Origin: Takakia lepidozioides
Taxonomy: Eukaryota > Plantae > Bryophyta
Reading direction: 5' to 3'
DNA: 64,000 bases
Assembly (NCBI GenBank): GCA_030704615.1
Contig: CM060733.1
Location: 55,986,001-56,050,000, forward strand
The translations under genes and the position numbers were made by a program. The first letter of the stretch is position 1; the number at the start of each line of letters is the position of its first letter. This document shows, one piece after another, positions 39,706 through 51,180 of the stretch. Below the pieces are notes generated by a model, which saw nothing but the letters and a program-made list of their open reading frames with translations, was not told the DNA's origin and made no database searches.

Positions 39706-40057
39706 AGAATTATCTGTTGGTGTTGTTGTCTCGTTGTCCATGTGTGGTGTTCTCGTGGCGTTGTGCTTGTTGTCCAAATGGTTCGAGAGGACATTCTCAA
39801 ATCTTTGTTTCAACAAAACTAGCTGTAAGTATCTAGAAATCTGCCCGATTTGGAGAGTGAGAAAACCATTGCACTTACTGTAGGATACTATGAGTAATTG
39901 TTCAATTTTTCCTGATGTTTGTTTTCTTGTGCAGAGTGCTGGATCCAAGTGGTCTTGGAATGTCGATATAGCAGAATTATCTGTTAGTGTTGTTGTCTCG
40001 TTGTCCATGTGTGGTGTTCTCGTGGCGCTGTGCTGGTTGTCCAAATGGTTTGAGAGG
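39706..40057. repeat. 85-bp direct repeat, two copies (39706-39790 and 39973-40057)
   Basis: AGAATTATCTGTT(G/A)GTGTTGTTGTCTCGTTGTCCATGTGTGGTGTTCTCGTGGCG...CCAAATGGTT(C/T)GAGAGG, about 4 mismatches. Confidence 0.9.
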
Positions 40058-40663
40058 GGGGATGCTTCCGTGTGAGCGTAGCCAGGCTCACGCCACGTCA
40101 GCAATTATTGCCCCGTTGGCTCACGGGTCTGACGCCACGTTAGCAGACCTTGCCAGCGTGGTTGACGCCACGTCACGTGAAGCCACATCATTTCCAATGG
40201 CACAGACCTATAACTGTGGACCGAATAGGCAGAAGGGTGCCTATAGCCGCGGACTTGCGCATTCGACACATAGGGAACCATATGTGGGCGACGAGGCAAA
40301 GTGCAGAAGAGAGCTTATACTGAATGTTGCTGAATGATTGTGTTTGCAGAGACCGAATATAGAAGAATGGTTGTGGATGAATTAATGAGGATGAAGGAGA
40401 GTCAGCACGCTCCGAATATGGATGAAAAGTTGTGGATGAATGTTGAATGAGGATGTCATTCTAACATTTATCTGAACCAAGCACAACAATCAATGTCATT
40501 TGCACAAACATCACAAATTGGAGAAAATCTCTCATGAAGCACATGATAAGATTTAATCCATGATGTGTGTCATTTGGGGAAAGGTAGACTGATGAAAGCA
40601 ATGTAGAATAAGACAACACAACAGATGTGAGACAAATCTTTGATTTTTTTATTTTCTCCTACT

Positions 40664-41070
40664 GGTTACTGCAACATTCCACTGTGCAGCACGCTCCACT
40701 TTCGCTTTCCTCTTTAGTGTCGACACATTGTGAGCCATTTCAACACCATACTTCATGCAACACACCAGATCACCACCCTAAACTGGCACTGGACTGAAAA
40801 TGCGACCTAGTCGCCTTGCCAGTGAGGTACAATCTGCTCATCTCTCCTGAGAGAGCACTGAAATTTTCAAGCTTATTTATTAGTTGTAAGCATACCCATT
40901 AGTTGTAACAACATATTAGAAGATGAATTTGGCTACCGGTTGTGCATGAGGAGGAGTTCTAGGTCTTTCACATTGTGCACCAAAAACTTGACGAAACCAC
41001 TAGGCATCACATTCTTTGTCTTCTTGTTTGACCCATAACCAATGTTAGGCATTTGTGTGGTGCCCTTGAA
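40664..41070 (-). pseudogene. RPL32: 5'-truncated, intron-retaining ribosomal protein eL32 fragment (41070-40937 and 40754-40664)
   Basis: [45 protein letters not shown]|KYGVEMAHNVSTLKRKAKVERAAQWNVAVT. Donor GT intact, acceptor mutated to AT, both termini missing. Confidence 0.92.
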
Positions 41071-41231
41071 CATATGAGGCTGAGCATGAACAAAGACGTC
41101 GTGCAAAGGAATAGCTTCCAATATCCTGCCACCCAAATTACATGTATTGCATTAGCTAATGTGAAAGGCATGGGGAGGGGGGGGCTGCACATGCTATAAC
41201 TGGGAAGTGAATACCAAACAAACTTACTCAC

Positions 41232-43230
41232 ATGTAAATCGTCGTCGAGGTCCTTGTCGTCTCCCTCATTGATATCGACATGCACTACAGCCTCTTGCTC
41301 TTTGGCGGCAGGCATTGGCCCTTGCAACTCTTGGAGGCTCAGTAAAAATGGCTGCATCCCCTTCCATACCCAACAAATGTCGGCCCGCTGCCTTGCAAGC
41401 ATGGTACGAATCTCCTACAAGACACGGTTGTGTTATTAAGATGTTACAAATTGTGTATTAAGGGAAAAAAGACCACAGAATAAGAGATGTCAAACCTGTT
41501 CCAAGAGTCAGGTCGACGATGCACGCCCCCGGATGGGAACATGTCTCAATAACAGTTTGATTAAAGTTGGACTCTTCTCCTTGGCCCCTCTCCATGGTGT
41601 TCCATTCGCCTTTCTCAAACAGACATTCATGAAACAACCTCTCCCATGAAGCCTGAACTCCTTCACTGCAGCAAGAGTCGAAGAAGGGTGCACCCTGACG
41701 AGACAGATGGCTTCAAAAAGGCGGGTCTGCACTGAAGACAACACGAAGCACAAATGAGCGAATGCATCCAAAAAGGAAAAAGAGCAGTGCAACTTCACCC
41801 CTTCAGAATTCAGTGTGTTGATGCACTCAATTCTGGATGGGTGAACAGAAAAATGAAATGAAGCAGACAAGAGAAGAATGCTACCATTTATCGGAGTGAA
41901 GGATTATCATTTGTCCCGAATAGTCCCCCTTTGTAAGGTATAAGTGGTTGACACCATTCCACCATTCTTAGCTATCAACAGGCATGTCCATACAGACACC
42001 AAAAGAGGAAACCTCCCCCCCCCCCCTATGCAAAACCGGAAGCTAATCTCAATGGCAGGACAGACAAAACATCAGGTACGAGACCCTCTGAAATTGAGCA
42101 CGTCAACACACTCAGTTGTGAAGGGTTTTGATTTGCCCAATGGAAGTAAGCGTGTCCAGACAGGCAGCAAACATGAACTACCCTCCAAAATCAGAAGCAT
42201 GACTCAAGGGGTACGAACCACAGCTACGTTTGTGGCCCTCTGAAACTGTGTGCGTCAACGCACTCAATTTTGGAGGGCCACAAGTGGAAAAAATAATAAA
42301 TAAATAAATATATTTTGGGGGTTCTCCCTCCTTTCCTGCCTAGAACTGAGTGCGTCAACGCACCCAATTTCTTCACTCATAAAAGAGCTCCGTAAACGCA
42401 TTCAATTTTTTGAAGTTTGAAAGACGTCTTTCACTGCTCAGATTTCCTGGACCTTTCTTCATAGATTAGGGAAAGCAGAGACCGAAAGATGAGAGAATGA
42501 CATTGAGAGAACCCTCAGAAATTGTGTGCGTCAACGCACTCAATTTTGAGGGGGTTCTCTTTCTCCCCTTCATTCACCTTGATAGTGAGAGAAGTGCAGG
42601 GTGTGACAATGTGAGAACACGCAATTTTTGGGGGATGGTCGCATTGCCCTTCTCTCATCCTTCAATCTCTACGGTTCAGGAAATGTGGACAACAATGTGC
42701 AAAATGAAAGGTCCAGTGAAAGGACATGTCTGAATTGAGAGCACCATGTTTTCTCTGTTGTCTACACTTCTATGAGCCCTTATACAGATCCGACAATGCT
42801 AACACAAAATGCTGACATAGAAAACAGAAATAAAGAGGGCATAAAAACTGCGTGGGTCAACGAACTCAATTTTCATGCCTTCTCCACTGCCCACAATCAA
42901 GAGAAAGGAGAGAATCACGTCCTTCGGTCCTTTGGGAGGAGCACTCCCAGATGCCTCTGCTTGAGCCACAATCACAGCCGTCCTCCCCATCTGCGCAACC
43001 TTCTTCCCCTTCGGTGTCGCTTCCTCAAAAGGGTGTCGGACTCCTCTGTGTCCATGTCGTCAGGGTTGCCCTCTGTTGCTGTTTCCTCCCCTCGTTCACC
43101 AGCTTCTCCGCGTGGCTGGTCCTCCTCCGCCATGTGCTCTGTTTCCAGGATCGCGCTCTCCTCTGCTATCTCCTTCAGCATCATGTTGAGCTTGCGACCT
43201 CTCATTCTCTCTCTCGCATTCTTCTTATCT
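41232..43230 (-). pseudogene. Spliced beta-class amino (N4-C/N6-A) DNA methyltransferase-like gene, decayed; exons about 43230-42919, 42729-42578, 42025-41908, 41726-41496, 41414-41232
   Basis: Joining the last two exons over an 81-nt GT-AG intron, with one -1 shift, gives PWRGAKEKSPT-x-QTVIETCSHPGACIVDLTLGT|GDSYHACKAAGRHLLGMEGDAAIFTE. This matches the N6_N4_Mtase C-terminal signature KP..L...+I...S.PG..V+D...G.G....A....GR..+G.E.D. The upstream exons are tentative. Confidence 0.8.
41794..42882. repeat. Family of about 7 palindromic 30-55 bp hairpin repeats
   Basis: Core AAATTGAGTGCG-TCAA-CGCACTCAATTT at 41794-41845 (inverted), 42083-42126, 42231-42282, 42342-42370, about 42380-42414 (degenerate), 42506-42560 and 42835-42882. 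Confidence 0.9.
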
Positions 43231-43989
43231 CTCGCTGAAGTGAAAAAGAAAGACTATCTTCTACGCCTTCCACTCTCTTGCTGGGAACTCAGTCTCCTGC
43301 TACTCTCTAGTTGAAAATCACGAACTACTGGGCTGCGAGACATCGTGTGATTAGTACCAGCCGGGGCCTCGATCTCAGTGGTTATGCATGTGTTCACGGC
43401 ATACGTGTCCACCTTGCAAAGGCACATTTGTCCTTGCGGCAGTGGCCGCCATCTTAAACTAGTTAGGTATGGCCATTAGTAGTACTATTTGCTTGGTGAT
43501 AGATTTGATTTGGATGGATGAGTTATTAGGTTAGCTTTTGCCGGTTTTTCCCGGTTCGAAATCTTCATATGTGGCACAACATGCCACGTATCATTGGTTC
43601 TCTGCCGAATTTTCTGCAACCCTGTATTCAATATTGCATTGTCAGGTTCCACGTGCCTCAACAAGTTGGGATGACATTAGATTCCAATACTTTCGTCTCC
43701 GCCGTCTTTTCACTTGGGTCGGTACAGGCACATGACTGCTTAACAATTGTTTTTGGAAGACTCTTTAACGGTATGTCAGCTTTTCAAATATCTGGGTTTA
43801 GGCTCAACCTTCCATATTAACGGTTTGGGACATAGAAGACGATGACATGATGGCCTCATTAGTATCGGTGCGAACTCTAACGGCATAGAAATATAATCCC
43901 CACTATCGTTTGTAACAAGAATCCACACAGTAGTCGTGGGACTACGTACTTTGAGGCTTCCAGTGGCTCATAATTTCTCGTGCACCAAC

Positions 43990-45230
43990 ATGGGTTCATC
44001 TGAAGCGGAGTTTTACTCTGTCGAGAAATCTGTTCATTTCTTGAAGGATGCCGATGACAGTGGTTTTGCAATTGCGGAGGAACATCTCCTAGCAACACAT
44101 TTCGAGTACCAGATTGGCACTGTCTTCCTCGAAAGAAAGGTTTACGGTATCGACGAGAAGTTGATCAAATACGAGCTCTACAGCAACAAACGAGATACCG
44201 GGAGTTCTTGCGGGGTGGCATTGGTGACAATGGTCCCAACAAGTCTGAGTTGATGTTGCAAGCTGCAAGAAGATTGGGGGATCCCAACAAGATAGCCAAG
44301 GTTGTCAGCATGTGTGAAATCAAAACTCCTCTAGTGTCTAGAGTTCCGCATTTGGAGGGCGATGAGAGATTCGGCTTTTGTAAACGGAAATTGAACATCC
44401 CTCCTGGTTCGGATGCGGACTCGCACAGGCCGGACAGGGACAACTTCTCCACTCCGCGTGTTCCATTGCATTAGAGATTCGTTTCCGGAATGTCCAGTGC
44501 GGATGAACCTTTCTTACAAAGCCAGACCCAGGCATCTCCCACTGTCAATGCAATAGGGTGCAGGAGTCGAACGTCCTCCCCAATGTGGTGGAGTCCATGG
44601 GCCCTGACGAAGTCTGGCACATAGAATGCACCAGTGTTGGGTCTCGAGTGAAGTGCACGGCAATCAGAGCCACCAATTGTGAGAAGTGCAAGTCTTCTAT
44701 ATCCAGAGGCAAGGTCCGTACTCCGGCTCCGACCTTCGCTGGTTTGTTCCAGCCTTACGGGCAAGCAGAGGCGAAGAACCACAAATTCTAGTTCTGCCCT
44801 GACGACTGTGGTAGGTGCATGCGTGGGACTGTGCGACCATCGGTGGTCATGAAGCCTCAGGTCCACCAAGCATTTGGCCTGTGAAGGTGGGGACACATCT
44901 CATAACTTAGGAGATTGCCATGTTGGAGGAGGCATGCTTCTCCCTTCAGCAAGCCCCCTCTGTACATGCAGGTGCTTCTACTTCAGCAAGTTCTCGAGTG
45001 CTACCACCCAACGCTGATGCATGGCCAACAAAATGAAATGGGAAGCTGGTTCGTCGTTTCCCTCCGATGCAAGGTGGAATCCGCTCAAATGCTTCAAGGT
45101 CGTGTTATAGGCACTATGGAAGTTCCACATCCCGGGTATGGACGAATCTACACTATGATGACATCTACATCTGCTATGCATGACCGATTGTACGACATCA
45201 CGGTTTGCGTTGAGCACCGCAACTGTTGAG
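43990..45230 (+). mobile_element. Decayed Cys-rich/SWIM-type DNA-transposon gene (MULE- or KDZ-like, superfamily unresolved)
   Basis: DQIRALQQQTRYREFLRGGIGDNGPNKSELMLQAARRLGDPNKIA...HLEGDERFGFCKRKLNIPPGSDADSHRPD, then WHI...C...C...TPAPTF.G...F*FCPDDCGRC...WPVKVGT, then GYGRIYTM...YDITV (pre-SWIM, truncated). I recall this motif string from repeat-derived SWIM proteins of mosses and charophytes. Confidence 0.65.
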
Positions 45231-45609
45231 AGCTTGCAACTTGCAAGGTGAACGACGGCTGGAAAAGCCCAAAGCTTACGTGACAATTGCAGATTGCGCT
45301 TACACTTGAAGGTCCAGGGAAATGTACACTCTTGTCCCTCGCGATGCGTCGATGGGGCACGTGGCATTACTAGTGCCATGATGTATTATTTTTATCGGGC
45401 AAGTAGGAGGTCTCCTTAGTACAAAAACCAAGAACAGGCATAATTCGAGAAAACAAAACTCGCAGCCTTCCTAAGGGCCCATTAATCTTCTAATGACTAA
45501 ATGGGGGGCCTACGCATACAAAGTGATGCATTAATTTGGATGCACCAGCCACGTTTCAAAGGGTAGTATAAGAGATTTTCAAAATTACCTCAACAATTTC
45601 ATGCAAATA

Positions 45610-46230
45610 TTTTCAGCGTCTACGGACAAAAATCCAGCCATCTAGGACAACTGAGATTATGCTTGCACGCATGCAGAGCCAATCTGATAAGCTTAAACCC
45701 TGAAAAATGTACTTTCTGTGTAAATTCATGGGTGTTGTTGGGACACGTTGTCTGTCAACAAGGGCTCTTGGTCGATCCAAGGAATTAGGTGGCCAATATA
45801 AAGGAATTACCACCCCAGAGAACCCCAAGAAACTCAAAAAAATTGTTGGGCAAGCAGGATTTTTCAGACAGTTCGTCAGCAAAAATGCCCACAAAGCAGC
45901 ACCAATATACAACTTGCTGAAACAAGACGTCAAATACGATTGGACCCCGGCTTGCCAATAGTCATTTGAGATTTTGAAAGAAGCACTCACTGCACCAATC
46001 CAATCAACGATGGGATCCGCTCTTTCATGTGCATAGTGATGCATCAAGCATAGCCATAGGAGCAGTACTAGCTCAAAATGTCACAAGGACTATAGACTCA
46101 CCAATCTACTACGCAAGCAAGTTACTAACATCTGTTGAAAAGAACTATAGCACCACATAAAGAGAAGAATTGGCTATGATCTATGCCGTTCAAAAGTTTT
46201 GACACTATTTATTGGGAAATCGATTCAGGT
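45610..46230 (+). mobile_element. Ty3/gypsy RT-thumb/RNaseH relic
   Basis: TPENPKKLKKIVGQAGFFRQFV...PIYNLLKQDVKYDWTPACQ, FHVH.DASSIAIGAVLAQ and PIYYASKLLTSVEKNYSTT*REELAMIYAVQKF*HYLLG. Confidence 0.88.
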
Positions 46231-49200
46231 AAGCCCGGACGGTTGCACATCACATGAGCTGATCACTTGTCAAGGATCACCACATGAGAATCGACAATAG
46301 ACGTGGAAGACCAACTTCCAGATACATTCTTGTTTGCAGTCCAACCACGAACACAAGAGGAAGAATCAAACCCTTTGGACGCTATGGGAGTGTTCTAAGA
46401 AGACTACGAGATCCTATTATTTACGGGATCCCGACAGATCAGATCAGATACTGAAGAACCAAACAATGAAGAAGATAACTCAGGGCGAGCAAGTCACCCA
46501 AGGATGACCCTAACATGGTATTCATGGTCCCCATATTTTAAAAGACTGTAAAATAAATTTGACAACATAAATTTTTAGATGTGTAGTTTTCTTGGTTGTC
46601 AATTTGTCACCTAAGATAATCTCGCGATCTAAAAATGAAAATATTAATTTTTTACATAAAAGTAAAGGCGGTTTTTTGAGGTGATGCGACGCTGCGAATT
46701 TTGACTTGACTGTGACATGTTAGCATCATGTCACCTCATTTTGTGCAATTATGATTGCATGATCAAACCAAAAAACTGTGATTGTAGTTCGAGGTGAAAA
46801 TAAATCTTTTTCTACCATAATCATTATGACAAAAAAATTGTGGTAGGCCTTGGGATGGCACTCCGGGTTATGTTTGACCGGAGAACTAAAACATGTGAGA
46901 TGAGGTTTAGCCGATTCCGAGACTTTTGCCAAAGAGTTTTCCTACAAAATAACTAGTCAAAAACTCAACCTTGTGTCATCATCCATGAACTCAATATTTG
47001 TCCGAGAGAAAGCCACAAAGTGAGGTAATTACCAGCGCGTCCCCAGCTCAACCCTCCCCGTTCGCCAGCGTGGCTCCTCATCTAGTCCTTAGTCCTGGGA
47101 TGTTGGATGGAAGCATCTCTGTTCCCATATTCCTTTCCAATCATTCTTCACATCATCGACCAACGGTTGACCCTTAGTTCTGGAGGGTAGACCCCACTTG
47201 GGAACCTGATTGGGCCCTGCTTTGAGCATATATTTAGCAGTTGGCGAGCTTGGTACTAAATTACCACCAAAAATGGGCCCGGAACCAGAGACACCCAAAG
47301 TCCAAGGTCCTGGGTTCAAACCTGAGCACACAAACATACAGAGCAAGTCTGGTATGTCTCATCCATTCCAAAACCAACAGGACTCCATGCCCCTGGGGTC
47401 AATTTGGGACACAACTCCTGTTGGTGGTTAGTTAGAAGGAAAAATTTCAGTCCTAGAAGGGTTTGCTATCAGTACAACAAAGTGAGAACAAAAGTCTGGA
47501 GAAAGAGGGGACCACTCAAGAAAGGAATTGGGCAGGGACATCCATAGGGAGAGAGAGGGGTGCAGGGACAGGGAATAAATAAAAATACTTAGGGAGGAGG
47601 GGAGGGAGTCCCAGGGAAATGGGCTGTGCCAAACCCTGCTGGGCTGGGCTGGGGTGTGGTGTGGTGGTGTGGTGTAGAGGTCCCACAGGCAAGGCAGGGC
47701 GTGCAAGGACCTTTCCCTCGCTGCTTGCTTGTCTGCCACAGTGTCTGGCCATCCATGGGGCAGTCGAGGGGGGTGATCGCGGGGTGCTAAGAAGAGGGTT
47801 GGAGGGGAGGCTTTATGTCTTGGGGATCGTGCAGAGGGCGCTGGAGCCGTGTGTGTGTTAGGGAGTAAGTAGTGAGAGGGGTGAATAAGGAGGGCCCTTT
47901 GTGGGGGGGAATCAGTTTGGGGGTGTTGCGGAGTTTGGCACCGCTTATCTTTGGGCGCGGTGTGGAGGACTGTTGGGGAAAGTTGGGTTGTGGGTTACTT
48001 ATTGGGGGGAAGGATGGATGCATCCCACTGCTGTCTCCCCAAATGTTGTTGCCCCTTGTCACAGGTCTTCGGCGGTGACTTTGGGAGAATCTAAGCTCGG
48101 GGGCAGCGAGGGCTAGGGAGTGCCGTGGAGGGGACCATCGTAAGCCTGAATTCTTTCCTTCAACGTGCTTAACTCACACTTGTTTAGCTTCCCCCCACCC
48201 CCATCCAACTGCTGGAAATTCCTGTTTTGAAACCCTCTTTACCGCCATCTGATTTTTACCTCGATCATGCCTTCCCATCCTCGGTAGGCCCCTGTTGAAG
48301 ATATCATCGTCGGTCTAAAGCGATCGAATTACGAGAGCTAGATACATAGAGTTTTGTCTTTTAAAGACCTTTCTGTGGTGGCTTCAAACCAGGTGAATCT
48401 CCAGTCTGCAAAATCAGGTACTTTGGACTGGAGCCTCATTTGAAGGCTTAGAGTTTCTGGGTTTGCACTGGCCCGACTGAACCCTAAGTGGATGGCATGG
48501 CTGCTTTTGTTCCGGGTTCAATCTTGTCCATTTACCTTCATTGCTGTTTCCTTCCCTTCAATATCTGGTAGATGTCCTGTAAATGCCCGGCCTTTCTCCA
48601 AATTGTCATGGAAACCTCCTCTCCGGTCATCTGCATCCCCGCATGGAGAAAGTTTTCTTTTAGATTCGTTTCATTATGTGACAAGGATCCCTAGGTTCTT
48701 CAGCCTGTTTGTGCGAAGTCAACCCTGTCTGTCCTGGTGCCCCTTAGGCACTAGCTGGTGAAACCTTCCAGAAGATCTCCTATGTTTTCAATGGTTGCTA
48801 TCCAGCTTGTTATCTCTCTTCAGCCTGCCTTGTCAAAGCAAGGGTCTTGTGGAACTTGCAGAAGCATCCTTTTTACAAGTGAATTTCAATTCAAGTGGTT
48901 CCGCACTTACCACACTTGAACAATCAAGACCCTTGAGAGCCCTCTGGAAGTGGTCACCCCATCATTGTTGCAGCTTCAAGCATCTCCATCATGTGAATTC
49001 GCCAGGACTGAGTCCTGCCCTATTGTACCCCTTCCAAAGTTACACCCTTTCATCGAAAGCAGTGTGGTCAGGATACTTAGGCTCTTAATTGACCATTTAT
49101 AAGTTAATACCCTTGCAGCCTGGGCTACATGATGCCCTGGATTGACTTCGCCACCATGCATGCTGACAAGGGGTTTCTCCTTGCTCAAGATGGTCTGGCA

Positions 49201-49941
49201 TTGATTGGACTTCAGCATACACGATACTGTAAAATTGACTTAATAGTCTATTTTGTGGGCACCCATATGTGATATTTTTCTAGCTGTTCGAAGTGAATAA
49301 TCAGGGGATTACTGCAGTGCTGCAGTGGCAATCCCTAAGGCCATTCTTTCCCTTGCCTTGGCGATTGCTGGTGGTTTACCACACGGCCTACTCAAATACT
49401 TTGCAATCACTCCATGAGTCCCAAGACTAGGGAGCTATGCAGGGATGTCTGTGTGGTGAAAATCCTTTTATGTTCGGGAGTGCCAGGTGGTTTTGAAGGT
49501 TGATAGCCGAAGCTTTTGTTCCTGTGCACATGAGCATGGTAACTATAACTTTCTAATCTTGTTCTCTTTGGGCAGATGTGATGCGTGCAGGTTTGAGACT
49601 GCTGCGGTGATGGTACATGCAGATGTACCACTTTGCTGAAATTTGACCTGAATTGAAAGGGTTCATATTCCAGTGGATTGCTACAACTGGATAGATACAT
49701 ACAACTGGATAGATACCCGTGCCTTGGAGATCTGCAGAAAACAGCTGGATCCCCCCTGAAGATCAGACGTTGATTCGACTACAAGCACAGGGAATAAGCA
49801 TAAAAGGGAGTCTTTGGAATGCAATTACGAGCATGCATGCATAGGGGCAAGATAAGACGGAGGAGGAGGTTGATGGATTGGCCAGGCACATAGTTTTTGC
49901 AGGGTGCATTACTAGTTGTGTGGAAGGATACAGAATAAAAG

Positions 49942-51101
49942 ATGCAGACACAGACACAGGTTTCTGGGCAAGTTCCTGGGCAGGTTTCGCGCGTGCTGCA
50001 GCAGAATGGGAACTCCCAGAATAATGGCGTGCGGCAGTGGCAAAGTGACACGGATATGGGCCTTCGCCGTCTTGTCGTAGACAACATGTGAGTGACTACT
50101 TCATCTTCCTGAGGTTTCTGCAGGAAGTCAAGATCTATGCAAATGCAGGTTCATGACTGGCATTGTAGGACTGCTGCACCTGACAAATCCTGCCCTGCAC
50201 CTTTCTGTATATCCTCCCCTGGGCCCTTGTCAGCTGCCAGGTTGTCTGTATTCCTGCAATAAGGGTGGTTCATTATTTACTTGTGGCGCACTGCGATTAG
50301 GTACACTGTGTTGGGAGAAAACCTTATCCCCTCTTGTGCACTAATGTGTTCTGTTCACCTTTTCATGCACTATACACTTCAGTCCCAGCAAGAGACCCCA
50401 CATGGGAGACCACAGGCTTGTAAGGATTTGAGGCCATCTGATGAGTTTCACTAAACAAATGTCACTGTAGTGTATGCCTTTATGGCTCAAAGAGGCAGAT
50501 TGAAGGATTCTTGTAACCTAGAAACAGCAATAACCATAAGAAGGAAACCAGTTTCCAATGGCACAGTAAAACTTAGAAATTGGGGAACAAGGGTATGCAG
50601 CATTTAATGCTGTTGTAATGTTCGGTCACCCTGGATGGAAACATATTCTTGGCCACATTAGAGGAGGGCAAGCCAAACATTTCACAATCATTTGCCATCA
50701 TACCTTTGTTCAGGCCTACAGTGCTACTTTTTCAATTCCTGGAGTCGATGGAACAACCCATCTGTGTTTCAAACAGTCTAAATTGTTTGAGTGTTCTTGA
50801 GTCGAACCATTAACTTAAAAATTTGTTAACCAGTTGAAGCTTGGAATTTCTGGAAGACGATTTATTTTATTGTAATAACGGGATGAAGGAGAGAATTAAG
50901 ATCACAATGTAGCAGAAGTAATTGTGCTGCCTTGGTTAAGGCTGTTTAACTTCAAATTTTGTTATTCAAGCTTGGAATATCTTGAAAAGTGTATTTCAAT
51001 GTATGGGATGAAGGAGAGATAGACTTGTGATGACCTGCATGGGTTACACATTGTTTGCTGTAGCCTTGTGGCCAATAGACCTAATGTCGAGTTTGGGCGG
51101 A

Positions 51102-51180
<79 letters not shown>

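Noticed and set aside
41794-42882. Palindromic repeats read as a CRISPR array
   Set aside because: Eukaryotic intronic context, irregular spacing, mixed orientation, divergent repeats and no cas genes.
45335-45374. Possible Helitron 3' end (weak hairpin plus CTAG-T)
   Set aside because: Poor hairpin, no matching 5' TC end and no Rep/helicase motifs.
47000-49400. Pro-rich short ORFs upstream of HAC
   Set aside because: No domain recognised and no coherent exon chain; may be UTR/promoter or old TE.
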